A stretch of 64,000 bases of DNA from Octopus vulgaris. Its lineage: Eukaryota. The DNA lies in assembly GCA_951406725.2 (NCBI GenBank), contig OX597819.1, forward strand, positions 11,284,001 to 11,348,000, written 5' to 3'. The notes below the pieces were generated by a model. It saw only the letters and a program-made list of their open reading frames with translations. It did no database searches and was not told where the DNA came from. Shown piece after piece: positions 40,734 to 54,399 of this stretch (positions within the stretch are counted from its first letter, which is position 1; each line of letters starts with the position of its first letter). The position numbers and the translations under genes were made by a program.

Positions 40734-41164
40734 ATGTATGTATGCATGTATGTATGTATGTATGTATGTATGTATGTGTATATATTCACACACAAATGCA
40801 CACATATATATACGAATATGTAAACAGTTGATGGTGTGTGTAAATATATATAACGTTCACTGTCGAGGGAAATGTGTGTAAAGATGTGAACCCTCGTGCA
40901 GTGAGTAGAAAGATATAAACATTGGAAGTAGTTGAAGTACAGGACATATAAATGTGTGTACGTATATGTGTGTGTGTATATGTAATAAATACATACATAC
41001 ACACACATATATACGTGCATGCGCACACGCACAAATATATGTACATACACGCGCACACACAAAATAAATATACATAGACGCACATATATACATAAGCGCA
41101 CACACAAATAAATATACATACGCACATAGATATATATATATAAATACATACACCCCACGTATAT

Positions 41165-41529
41165 ATATATAACGGGAAGCTTTATGAAAATAAACAAAAG
41201 ACGAAGGCAGGTGGAAAACAAACGAACAATTGTATTAGTATGGCGCTCAGGAAATATAAATAAAACAAGTCTTTAACGTTTCGAGCCTACGCTCTTCAAC
41301 AGAAAGATACACGGAGAGAGAAAAACACAGAAAGAAGGAGAGAAAAAAATGCGTGCAGTAGCTAACGAATCAACATGGCGATCTGATTTCGGCCAGAGGT
41401 CAAAGATCAAACATGAGACGCGAGAGCGAAATAAGGGGAGATAATAGGGTTGATAAATGGGTTGAGGGACCAGCTAAAAGTGCGTGGGAGGGGTCTGGAT
41501 GTGTGTATGTATAGGGTTGGTGTATGTAT

Positions 41530-41566
<37 letters not shown>

Positions 41567-42528
41567 AGAGAGTATTAGTGCGTAAGATTGGTCTGGACGT
41601 GCGTATGTATGGGGTTGGTGTATGTATTAGTATGTATTAGTATGTATTAGTACGTATTGGTATGTATAGGTGTGTGTGTGTGAGAGAGAGTATAAGTGCG
41701 TATGCGGGGTCTGGACGTGTGTATGTATAGGGTTGGTGTAAGTATTAGTATGTACTAGTATGTATTAGTACGTATTAGTATGTATTAGTTGGTGTGTGTA
41801 TTAGTATGGCACATCATATGTGATGTGATGTGATGTGTAAAGTCATGTGGTGTAGTGAGGAGAAGAGGGGGAGGGGAGAAGAGGGGGAGAGAAGGGGAGG
41901 GGAAGACGAGGGGGAGGAGAAGGGGGAGAGGAGAGGATGGGGGAGAAGGAAGGGGATGAGGGGGATGAAGGAGGAAAGAGGGAGAGGGGGAGAGAGAAGG
42001 GGAGAGAGGGAGTGAGGGAGCAGAGGGAAGGGGAAGAGGGAGGGAGAAAGAGGGGAAGAAGGGGAAGGGGAGTAGGGGTGAAAGGATGAAGGACTGAAGA
42101 AGTAGGGGTCGGGGGAGAAAGGATAGGTGAGGAGGGGGGAAAGGGGGGTTAGATGAGGAGGGGGGAGAGTTGAGACCAAATGGCGTATAAGAGCGAAGAG
42201 AGAAGATTAATTCCTGTTCACGGCGCAAACGGGAATCCGGATGGCCTCTGTGTAAGGACAAACCGAACACAGATAGGTGTTGCAAGGAGTGACCGGTGGA
42301 GCGGAAATGGCGTGAGACCGGTGTGTCGTTCGCAAGGTGGATGTCACGAAGGTGTTCCGCGAACCGGTCAGCCAAGCGGCGTCCCGTTTGTCCGATGTAC
42401 AAGGAATTGCAGAGAGAGCAAGAGATGCAATAGATAATATTGCTGGAGGTGCAGGTGAAGGAGTGGATGATGGGATAGGGTCGATGGTGGGTGCTAGTGA
42501 GGCGGGTGGTGTTGGAGAGACACGGACA
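41165..42528 (-). mobile_element. 5'-truncated Penelope-like element: GIY-YIG endonuclease, 3' UTR and pLTR (P1) with HHR at 41271-41306
   Basis: FTCTSSNIIYCISCSLCNSLYIGQTGRRLADRFAEH...RLRREQELIFSL...PFGLN; both ends in microsatellite. Confidence 0.88.
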
Positions 42529-42617
42529 TACTCATGTGTGTGTGAATACATATGTGTGTGTCTATATATATGTGTGTGTGTATGTATATTTGTGTGTATG
42601 TATGTATATATATATAT

Positions 42618-42834
42618 ATATTTCTTTACTACCCACAAGGGGCTAAACACAGAGGGGACAAACAAGGACAGACAAAGGTATTAAGTCGATTATATCGACC
42701 CCAGTGCGTAACTGGTACTTAATTTATCGACCCCGAAAGGATGAAAGGCAAAGTCGACCTCGGCGGATTTTGAACCCAGAACGTAACGGCAGACGAAATA
42801 CGGCCACGCATTTCGCCCGGCGTGCTAACGTTTC

Positions 42835-42837
<3 letters not shown>
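42618..42837 (-). mobile_element. SINE family C, slightly 5'-truncated
   Basis: Homology to the family C copies. Confidence 0.9.
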
Positions 42838-42925
<88 letters not shown>

Positions 42926-43181
42926 GCACGTGTGCATGTGTGTGTGTGTGTGTAGGCGATGAAGGCAGAGTGTATATAGGGAGTGAAAATTCTAGATAGA
43001 ATGACTGACTGTTGTCCGACATAGTTTTGATAAAATTTCTTTACGACGCTTTGAAACTGGTGTCCCGGCTTTTGCACGGCACATTAATTTCTCGTTTGTC
43101 ATCAGAACAGACGGATGTATTCCTTTCTTCCTCCAAGCGTTTCTACCCCAAAGGCGCGCACATACCTCCATGCTAATAGAG

Positions 43182-43397
43182 CAGGGGTGGGTAAACTTTT
43201 TTGATCGCGGGCCGCACAGTGCGTCTTTGGAATCTTGGCGGGCCTCATTTATAAAAATCAAGTGAAAATATTGTGAATTACCGTACAGTTACGAAGTATC
43301 TGCATAGAAGTTGGGATTCATAAAAGCTCTCGGCGGGCCGCATGAAAACCTATGGCGGGCCGCATGCGGCCCGCGGGCCGTAGTTTGCCCACCCCTG
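43182..43397. mobile_element. hAT (Charlie-like) MITE, 216 bp
   Basis: TIR caggggtggg(t/c)aaact; perfect 8-bp TSD taatagag at 43174-43181 and 43398-43405. Confidence 0.93.
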
Positions 43398-43541
43398 TAA
43401 TAGAGCAATGCAGATGTGTTGGTGCAATTTCCATATTAGCAGCTTAAAGATTATTTGTGATGGGTTAAAGCAAGGATGTTAACGGACAAATGCAGGCTGT
43501 TGACGTAAATGAACTAATTGGCACATTTCGGTGTGGAAACT

Positions 43542-43960
43542 ATACTCTTTACTGTCTTTTACTCTTTTACTTGTTTCAGTCATTTGACTGCGGCCATGCT
43601 GGAGCACCGCCTTTAGTCGAGCAAATCGACCCCGGGACTTATTCTTTGTAAGCCCAGTACTTATTCTATCGGTTTCTTTTTGCCGAACCGCTAAGTGACG
43701 GGGACGTAAACACACCAGCATCGGTTGTCAAGCAATGCTAGGGGCACAAACACAGACACATAAACACACACATAGATATATACATATACATATATGCGAC
43801 GGGCTTTTTTCAGTTTCCGTCTACCAAATCCACTCACAAGGCTTTGGTCGGCCCGGGGCTATAGCAGAAGACTCTTGCCCAAGATGCCACGCAGTGGGAC
43901 TGAACCCGGAACCATGTGGTTGGTTAGCAAGCTACTTACCACACAGCCACTCCTGCGCCT
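43542..43960 (-). mobile_element. SINE family A, full length
   Basis: Homology to the family A copies. Confidence 0.92.
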
Positions 43961-44213
43961 ATGGGCAGTTTTTGGTAATCTTTGCCTGACAGTGGTACCG
44001 AGAGGCATTACATGTTCCAAATAAGCTTCATTGGTACGGAAATATTTGTTAACTTCATCAAATGTTCAAGTTTTATGCTTAAAATAATTACTTTTCTTCT
44101 CGTTGTTATTTTTTACGTTGGTATTACTTTGTCTTGTTGAGACGGTTAAATAGAAATGGAAATAGTTTTAATTTCAAAACCCAGGTTGTACATTTATAAT
44201 AAACATGTACCAT

Positions 44214-44622
44214 AGGCGCAGGAGTGGCTGTGTGGTAAGTAGCTTGTTTACCAACCACATGGTTCCGGGTTCAGTCCCACTGCGTGGCACCTTGGGCAAG
44301 TGTCTTCTGCTATAGCCCCGGGCCGACCAAAGCCTTGTGAGTGGATTTGGTAGACGGAAACTGAAAGAAGCCCGTCGTATATATGTATATATATATATAT
44401 GTGTGTGTGTGTTTGTGTGTCCGTGTTTGTCCCCCTAGCATTGCTTGACAACCGATGCTGGTGTGTTTATGTCCTCGTCACTTAGCGGTTCGGCAAAAGA
44501 GACCGATAGAATAAGTACTGAGCTTACAAAGAATAAGTGCCGGGGTCGAGTTGCTCGATTAAAGGCGGTGCTCCAGCATGGCCGCAGTCAAATGACTGAA
44601 ACAACTAAAAGAGTAAAAGAGT
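44214..44622 (+). mobile_element. SINE family A, full length
   Basis: Homology to the family A copies. Confidence 0.92.
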
Positions 44623-44727
44623 ATATCAAACACCATATATATAATAAACAGGTAACAAATGGCGTGCCCCAGTATGGGCAAATACTGTGACGTATAATAT
44701 GTAATTCTACTTTGCTTAGAACGTATA

Positions 44728-45117
44728 TGGATGGAAGCACTCCGTCGGTTACGACGACGAGGGTTCCGGTTGATCCGAATCAACGGAACAGCCTGCTCGT
44801 GAAATTAACGTGTAAGTGGCTGAGCACTCCACAGACACGTGTGCCCTTAACGTAGTTCTCGGGGATATTCAGCGTGACACAGAGAGTGACAAGGCCGGCC
44901 CTTTGATATACAGGTACAACAGAAACAGGAAGTAAGAGTGAGAGAAAATTGTGGTGAAAGAGTAGAGCAGGGATCACCACCATCCCCTGCCGGAGCCTCG
45001 TGGAGCTTTAGGTGTTTCCGCTCAATAAACACTCACAACGCCCGGTCTGGGAATCGAAACCGCGATCCTATGACCGCTAGTCCGCTGCCCTAACCACTGG
45101 GCCATTGCGCCTCCACA
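44728..45117 (-). mobile_element. SINE family B
   Basis: TSD ttagaacgtata at 44716-44727 and 45118-45129. Confidence 0.95.
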
Positions 45118-45201
45118 TTAGAACGTATAATTCTACCTGGCATATATTTGTGACATAAAATTCTGACTGGCATATATTGCATAATTCCATGTAGTGTATA
45201 A

Positions 45202-45415
45202 TATTTTCTGCTATAGGCACGAGGCCCGAAATTTTGGGGGAAGGGGCAAGTCGATTATATCGACCCCAGTACACAACCGGTACTAAATTTATCGACCCCG
45301 AAAGGATGAAAGGCACAGTCGACCTCGGCGGAATTTGAACTCAGAACGTAGCGGCAGACGAAAAACCACTAAGCATTTCGTCCGGCGTGCTAACGTTTCT
45401 GTCAACTTGCCACCT
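45202..45415 (-). mobile_element. SINE C2
   Basis: C head and core with cccccaaaatttcgggcctcgtgcc tail. Confidence 0.88.
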
Positions 45416-45621
45416 TCTATGTCATGTATAATATATAATTGCATACCTTTAGGTGTGTTATGCAATTTCTAAGTGGTATATAATTCTATCAGATATACAT
45501 TACACAATTCTGTGAGGTGGATGCTTAATAAATTTACACCTGTTGTGGACAGGTGGGTTGATTATCTAAATCATTAGTCATAGTGTAGAGAGACAAAGAG
45601 ATGACCTTGGAATTTTATTTA

Positions 45622-45783
45622 TCGTATTTATTCGTGTATAAATCGCACCCCTAATTTAATGCTAAATCTTGATACGATATTTCGCCTTCATAGTTTTAGA
45701 TTTACCCCGAGCCCCGAGCACCCCAGTTTTTACAGTTAAAATCAAACATAAAAATAATGTAACTTATACACGAGTAAATACGG
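45622..45783. mobile_element. Tc1/mariner-superfamily MITE
   Basis: 20-bp TIR (t/c)cgtattta(t/c)tcgtgtataa with TA on both sides. Confidence 0.8.
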
Positions 45784-47039
45784 TAATTAAAATCCATTAA
45801 GATTAAAGGTAAACAATACAGTAGTGAATAAATCTGATCTCAGCAGGACACTGACAACGCTAAACATGTTTCAGTCTTATTAGATCCTTTCAATGAAGTA
45901 TAATCTTTAACAGCAGTGGCAGTATGTTGACTCAGTCTTTTTACCAACGATCTTTTATTTGCTACAGTTGACATGCTGTGGCCATTCTGGGGAAAATTTG
46001 ATTCAACATTTTGTTAGAGACGGAACAATATTGAAGTGAGTAAACTAGTGTTTGACAATTAGTTCTTTGTTCTTCATTGCTTGTTTCCGGATAATATGAC
46101 ATGGTTATGTCAGAGCAAAGTCAATCAAATATTTTACGATAGATGGAACATGTCGAAAATAACTTGCTAAAATTCCACTAAAAATCTGGAGATAGTGAGA
46201 CTTATCAATAATTATGTTGATAAATCGAATATCCATAATTCCAGTTCTATAATTCTAGATATTCCAGAATATTTGTGATTTGCAATATAATGTTAAATTC
46301 TTCAGTAGATTCTCTTTTGATAGAACAAAATGGTAGAGCTGAAGAAAGAAGGAGTGAAAGAGAGGAAACAGAAATAGAGGAAGACAAAGAATATAGTGAG
46401 CGGGAGGAAGAGAATGAATTAGACAAAGAGAGAGATAGAGAGGAATATACAATAGAAGGAAAGAAATGGAGAGTGAGAGAGAGGGGGAGAAGGAGAGAAG
46501 GAGGGAGGAAGAGTGAGAAGACAAGCGAGCAAAATGAAAGAAATATAGTGAGGAGGAGAAAACAAGAATGAGAGAAATACAAGGAGGGAAAGAGAGAGGA
46601 AAAGGATAAGAGAGTGCTGGAGTGAAAGAAAGGCAGACAGAATTAGAGAGGGAAAGAAAAGAGAGAAAGAAATAAAAGAAAGAGAGAAATGGAAGGAGGA
46701 GCTGCTAAATAGGAGCCGTGTTGCAGACGATACGAGAAGAGTAACCGAATCATATGAAATCTATTAGAATGGAATCGATACGTTGTGAGGTGATGATATG
46801 AATACGGGTAGATGTTTGTCAGAGATTCATTGACAACAACAGTCCATAGTAAAGTTGCTTCGGTAGGAAGTGTAGAGCTCCATATGTGACTGGCTACGTA
46901 ATTGAACGCACGAGCTTTGGCTGTTGTCACGACTTTAACTGACTCTACGTATGTATGTTTAAGAGTATCTATATATATCTATATATCTATATATCTACAT
47001 ATATATGTATATGCGCATACATATGAATGCATGTATATA

Positions 47040-47584
<545 letters not shown>

Positions 47585-47593
47585 TAAGAAAGT

Positions 47594-48835
47594 TTGTTTG
47601 GTAACCGTCAAAAATCCGGAATTGCTATGGGTACAAGGGCAGCACCAGTCATTGCGAACTTAACAATGGGATACATGGAAATAATCATTTACCAGGAATC
47701 TCTATCAATCTTTGGAAACTCCCTCTCTCAATACATAAAAGAGAATTGGAAACGATTCCTCGACGATTGTTTCATTCACTGGAATGAAAACATAGATAAA
47801 CTCCTAAAATTTAAAAACCTATTGAACAGCATAAACCCAAATATACAGTTCACAATGGAATACAACCAAAAGGAGCTCCCGTTCTTGGATATACTAATTA
47901 AAAAAATTAACCTTAAAATAGAAACAGACATTTTTTACAAAGCCACAGACGCCAAACAATACCTTCTTTTTAATTCATGCCACCCAAGACACACTAAAAC
48001 AAACATCCCCTTCAACCTTGCAAGAAGGATATGCACAATAGTGTCAGAACAAAATACCAGGAACTTTAGACTGCAAGAACTCAAAAACACCCTAATTGAC
48101 AGACATTACCCAGCTCAACTCATAGAGGATGGGATCAGAGGTGCAACAGAAATCAACATAGAAACTTTAAGAAAAGTTCAACACAACAACACACCTTCCC
48201 CGAAAATACTACCTTACATATCTACATACAACCCCAGAAACAAAGAAGCCTTCACCATCATCACCCAGAATTTACCAATACTTCATAAAAACCCAAAATT
48301 AAAGGAAATTCTAAACATACACCAAATCATTAAAAGCTACAAACAGCCTAAATCACTTAAAAAGATTCTCACAAAGGCAAAATTGTCTTCTAAAATTACG
48401 GATGCAAAAGTAAAAAAATGTGGCAGATCGAACTGTGCAACATGTCCTAACCTATTGGAAGGATCAGAATTCTTCTTTAAAGAGGGACAGAAATTTAAGA
48501 TCAAATCTAACTTTACTTGTGCCTCTGAAAACATAATTTATGTTATTAAATGCTCGGGCTGCCACCAAGACTACGTGGGTTCCACGGGACTATCACTCAG
48601 GCGCAGATGCACACTGCATCGACAACAGATTGCATTCCCAGAATATAGAATGATACCTTTTAGTGAGCACATTGAGAAATGCGCAAAGCAACTACTGCCA
48701 CAATTTTTAATCTTCCCATTTTACCAATGTGCTTTCGGATAATCAACACAAATGAGACTGAACAAGGAAACATTCTTCATTGAAAAGTACAAACCCAGAC
48801 TCAACCATCCGAACATACTGACACAGAGAAATTAA
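47594..48835 (+). pseudogene. Penelope-like retroelement ORF (RT palm/thumb, Cys linker, GIY-YIG), 5'-truncated, one in-frame stop
   Basis: [54 protein letters not shown]; after TAA at 48740 the frame continues MRLNKETFFIEKYKPRLN. Confidence 0.93.
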
Positions 48836-49156
48836 CAAGGAAAAGGGAAAAAAAATTTTAAGCGATTATCTCCCCTACACCGGAAAAAATCACTCACTAC
48901 CTCCCCTTATTTAGAAATCTCCTGGAAATAAAAACAACGATAATTCCATGCAATATAAACATAACGTCACAAGAAATTTGAAAAGCTACACGCGAAACCG
49001 GTAATTTCTTTAAAAATTTTAAAATTATGTCATTTTAAGGAAAGGGAAAAAAAAAAAAAAAAAAAATTTTTCCAATATTCTCCAGACATTTTGACACAAA
49101 TATATATATTTTTTAACATTTAAGCCTTCTGTCGTTTTTTCAGACTTTACTATTTT

Positions 49157-49216
<60 letters not shown>

Positions 49217-49235
49217 CTGTCTGCTTTTCTTTCAC

Positions 49236-49440
49236 TAACAGAATGAGATTAAAAATATCCAAGGCTATGAAAGAGTTCAGAACATTTATAAAGCGGTCTT
49301 ACAGCTGTTTCCGGGATATTTTATTTATCCCTTCATCAGAGACAGTGCGAGAAGGGATATATAAAATATCCCGGAAAAAGCTGTAAGACCGTCTCTTTAT
49401 AAATGTTTTGATATCTTGGATTTTTAATCCCATTCTGTTA
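49236..49440. mobile_element. Fold-back module with HHR (49296-49343, -) between (TA)n tracts
   Basis: Reverse complement gtct-CTGATGA-agggata..tatcccg-GAAA-cagctg-TA-agac; the inverted arm lacks CTGA. Confidence 0.82.
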
Positions 49441-49482
<42 letters not shown>

Positions 49483-49617
49483 GCTAATATATGACCTACG
49501 CTGGGCTCCTCATTCGTATAATCACCGTACCTGGAGCTTAAATATAGTCTGTCCATAGCACTTACTCAGCATTACCTGACACCTTTGGGTCTTCTTGACA
49601 CCATACCTCTCATAACA

Positions 49618-49679
<62 letters not shown>

Positions 49680-49718
49680 ACAAATGAAAGATGGAATATA
49701 CGAAAATTTATTATTAAT

Positions 49719-49820
49719 CACAACAATTGTTTCGACACATCTAGCATCGATTCCTCTTGGGTGGGACACTAAAAAACTGGTTCAGGAGCATCCGGTGGTG
49801 CTGATGTATCTCGTCGGGTC
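49719..49820 (-). ncRNA. HHR-like motif with CCGACGA core
   Basis: Reverse complement ac-CCGACGA-gatacatc...gatgtgtc-GAAA-caattg-TT-gt. Confidence 0.6.
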
Positions 49821-50193
49821 ATAAAAAAATAAAAGCAACTCGCTAAAATGACTGTTCCACAACGTAACTTTCTGTTTTGTAGAGAGAAAAACAGCCAGAC
49901 GGATGAAAAATATTCATATATATAGATCAAAAATAAAAGTGCAGATGTTGATTAAGCACTCATAAAAGAATATGGTTAAAGTTCCAACAATCAGATACCA
50001 GTAAATCTAAATAGAATACTAATCCCAGGTAAATCGTCATGCATGATAGGTAAATCCCACAATCATTGAATAAATGAATATCTTAAGTTCAACTTAATTT
50101 AAGCGTTTGTTTTTGCTATCGTTTATTAACTGTTAAAATTTTTTTCAGATGTTCAGTTGAAATTACACCAATTTGTATTACTTTGATAATGTT

Positions 50194-50253
<60 letters not shown>

Positions 50254-50282
50254 TATTAATAAAACGGCAAAGACATCAGAAA

Positions 50283-50324
50283 AGCTGTTACTCAGAGTTT
50301 CACGTTCCCGTTCGTCGGATAGTT
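50283..50324 (-). ncRNA. HHR-like motif with CCGACGA core
   Basis: Reverse complement CCGACGA-acg-ggaa-cgt-GAAA-ctc-t-gag-TA. Confidence 0.55.
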
Positions 50325-50537
50325 TTGGTTGAGAATGGAACAAAAATAATGTTATATGTATAAATATACAATTACATTGATAGATACTCATTTGAAATTG
50401 GTTTTGTTTCATTGGTCCTTTCAACAAACGGTTTTTTTTAAATAACCAGTTATCTAAGATTACTCTACATCCGGTATTCTAGCACTATTTCCATTTTGCT
50501 TCACATTTATGTGCTTACTCTAGTATATATATATATA

Positions 50538-50730
50538 TGATAGATCGCTAGCCACTAAACCTTTTCCTATTTTCTCTCCCTGTTTAATTCTGTGTTCCTT
50601 TCTGTCGAAGAGCATACCTCGAAACGTAAAAGACTTTCTCACATTCCCGAGCGTCAAACTAATACACCCGTTTGTTGTTTACACAGCCGTCTTCGTATAT
50701 TGTTTTTGTTTGTTTTTTGTAAATTCTCAC

Positions 50731-50732
<2 letters not shown>
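50538..50732 (+). mobile_element. P1 pLTR module with HHR variant (50598-50632), between (TA)n tracts
   Basis: cttt-CTGTCGA-agag..ctc-GAAA-cg-TA-aaag. Confidence 0.78.
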
Positions 50733-50786
<54 letters not shown>

Positions 50787-50788
<2 letters not shown>

Positions 50789-50925
50789 TGTGGTAAGTAG
50801 TTTGTTTACCAACCACATGGTTCCGGGTTCAGTCCCACTGGGTAAGTGTCTTCTACTATAGCCTCAGGCCGACCAAAGCCTTGTGAGTGGATTTAGTAGA
50901 CGGAAACTGAAAGAAGCCTGTCGTA

Positions 50926-50980
<55 letters not shown>

Positions 50981-51193
50981 GTGTGTGTGTTTGTGTGTCT
51001 GTGTTTGTTCCCCTAGCATTGCTTGACAACCGATGCTGGTGTGTTTATGTCCCCGTCACTTAGCGGTTCGGCAAAAGAGACCGATAGAATAAGTACTGGG
51101 CTTACAAAAGAATAAGTCCCGGGGTCGAGTTGCTCGATTAAAGGTGGTGCTCCAGCATGGCCGCATCAAATGACTGAAACAAGTAAAAGAGTA
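50787..51193 (+). mobile_element. SINE family A
   Basis: Homology to the family A copies. Confidence 0.9.
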
Positions 51194-51639
51194 TACATAC
51201 ATACATACATACATACATACATACACACACACACATACATATATGTTAATACAACTGAAAAATGTGTTGGATTTTTAAGGTGGGATCTAAAATAAGGATA
51301 TGATTTTCTTCGTACATATTTGTAGATATATATATATATATATAGTTTACTAATATTTTCCCATTTTTATTGGAATTACACTTTGGTGAGCGGTCGGAAT
51401 ACTGTCGTATTTATATGGCCTCTATAACAGTTAGAGTCGTGAAGTTTACGACACGTGAACTAAAGTGGAGATAGAGAACGTTCACTTGGATACAAAATGT
51501 TAGCGTGGTGATATCCCTACATAGACGAGCGCTACGCAAACGAAGACCTCACAAAGGAATCTACAAAAGAAACCAGGCATTAATCAATAGAGTTTAATAG
51601 AACAAACCATCAAATAGTGTAATCACGATACAATAATAG

Positions 51640-52562
51640 CCATCACCATCATAACTATTGTCATCACCACAATTATTACCACCGATGCGACAACAAAAAC
51701 AACCATCATCACAACCACAATACCACCACCATCAACACATACACCGACAACACAGTTACAACAAGCAACACACCTCAGCCTACTCCCACCAGGTCACGAC
51801 CACCGCTGCGACACAATCTCCACCACCACCACCACCACCACCACCACCACCAGTGCCACTACAACCATCACCATCATCATCACCATCACTACCACCAATG
51901 TAACCACCACCACCACCACCATCACCACCACCACCACCACTACCATCACCACCACCAACAACAACAACAATAACAACAACAACAATAACAGCAACAACAT
52001 CAACATCACCACAACCCCTACCACTTTGCTAAACACCACCACAGCTACTACCACCACAATCACAATCACCACCCCTACCACCAGTGCCACCATCACCACA
52101 ACTACAGCCCCCCCCCCAATATCAGATACTACTATTGCTTTTGTCCACCACCACCACCACCGCCTCCATCACCACCATCACCATCACCACTATCACTACC
52201 AGTCAATGTCACCTCTACCCTTATTCACCACTGCTATACTACTCGCCATTCACCACAATAACACCAAGCACCACCAAACGTCCACTGCAACCTACACTCA
52301 CTAATAATCATGACATCCAACACTATTGCTCTGCCCATCCATCACTGACCACCATGTCCTCAACAACAACATCAACAAAGTCATATTGCAATCCAAACCT
52401 GTCATCCACCATCTCGCTGCACACTGTCACCCGATTTGCTCAGCCAGCACCAGCAGCAGCATAACCACCAGCACCACCAGTACCACCACCACCACTACCG
52501 ACACCACTATTGCCACCACACCTAACCATCACCACCACCATCACCATCACCACCACCACCAC
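51640..52562. repeat. Degenerate (ACC)/(AAC)/(ATC) low-complexity tract
   Basis: Direct reading; similar tracts at 7740-8000, 24860-25290 and 29660-30270. Confidence 0.85.
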
Positions 52563-52904
52563 TGCATGACCAGGAAGTGTCAGAAATGTCACCTTACACA
52601 ACTTGCTCGAAAATAAATGGGAAGAGAAAAAAAGAAATGGAGTTAATTTGATGTTTTTGATGACATCATCAATATTTAGGACCCACGCACAAACACCATC
52701 CATCTAAACATACATACTTTATACATAGATACGCACATACATACTTTATACATAGATACATAGATATATGAATGTATGTCCACATTCATATACATATGTA
52801 TATATGTATGTCCACATTCATATACAAACTCTCCCATACACACAGACACCCACACCCACACCCACACACATATGTATCTTTTATCTTTTACTTGTTTCGG
52901 TCAC

Positions 52905-53437
52905 ATATTTTGGCACGAACTTGGCAGACACGCGTCTCATACCCAAATCTTCAGTGATAATGGACTGAACTGAACCGTAACTAATCTGTCCACCCTCTCA
53001 TAACTCACGGATGGTGATTCGACGATTTCCCCTCACAGCTGCACGCACATCTGCGATGTTTTTCTCGATTCTGCTGCCTGCGGATCTCCCGGAACGTTTG
53101 TCAATATCGACATATTTTCAGCCATCTTGGAAACATCTGAACCACGCATACATTTGTGTGCGGCGCATACACTCCTCTCCATACACTTTCCGCAACTTTG
53201 CGTAGGAGTCTAAATAGGTATCGCTGTAACGACTTTGTCATGGTCAATGCGACGATCACACGATACACACCTTCCTTCCAAGTACTGCTGTAAACAGCAG
53301 AAGTGAGATAGGACGTTAAAACTTAGTGCGCATGCACGGCAGAGTTCAAGGTCAATTTTGCCATGCGGCTTCTCTCTGCGTGCTTTCGATTTTGTTATTA
53401 TGGCAACAGTCCGGATACTTCTTGATCAGACCTCGTA
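52905..53437 (-). mobile_element. Mariner transposon 5' fragment
   Basis: TIR tacgaggtctgatcaagaagtatccggac; reverse complement encodes YAKLRKVYGEEC...RSGRS...NRRITIREL...LGMRRVSAKFVPK. Confidence 0.85.
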
Positions 53438-53439
53438 CT

Positions 53440-54042
53440 TAAAGATAAACTGAAAAGTTTTATAAAAATTTTTACAGTTCCAGTGATGGATTAGATCTGT
53501 AGTCTTCGAATCAGCTTTCTCTATTCTGGTTTTGAGAAGCCTAATTTCTCAAGATTGGTATTTAGGCGGTGTGTTACATATGCCAAGGCCCTATAAAAAA
53601 TACCGGTATAAACCTGAACTTGTAATCTGGATAGAGTAACTGCAGATTTCTCAATAGTTCAGCGTAGGTATTCTCTTTTTCACCCATCTTCAGCTTTATG
53701 TTAACATCCGCTAGGCAGCTGATTTCCAAAAATGTACACAATTTCTCTTTTCTATCCTAAACCCTTATATCAGGTCTGCTGTGTTTACATTTTATTCAGG
53801 TTTCCACTGAGAAATTCCACCAGTACTCCTTTTTATTATGAGTGACTATAGCTTCCACCATACTGTGAGTTCTTATTTCTTTGTCCTTGGGCTTATCCTT
53901 CCGATGGATCTCATTATAGAGTGTCCTAGCTACAACATCATATCTCAACGGTAGATAATACCGTGATGACATTTTTGGACAACTGCTTATAATGTGGGTG
54001 ATATCTTCAGATTTAAAACTACAAAGTCTGCATCGACTGTCT
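53440..54042 (-). pseudogene. RLE-type LINE 3' fragment (CCHC plus RPD endonuclease)
   Basis: CRLCSFKSEDITHIISSC...KHSRPDIRV...LEISC. Confidence 0.8.
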
Positions 54043-54272
54043 ATGTATGTATGTATGTGTTTGTATGTATGTGTGTGTGTATGTATGTATGTATGTATGT
54101 ATGTATGTATGTATGTATGTATGAATGAATGAATGAATGTATGTATGTATGTATGTATGTATGTATCTATCTATCTATCTATCTATCTATCTACGTGCGT
54201 ACGTACGTATGTATGTATATATGTGTTTGTTATAATATGCATATCTATCTATATATATAATTGTTGTTGTTG

Positions 54273-54315
<43 letters not shown>

Positions 54316-54399
54316 CATCATCATCATTATTATTATTATTACTACTATCATCATCATCATCATCATCATCATCATTATTATTATCATTATCATCATCAT

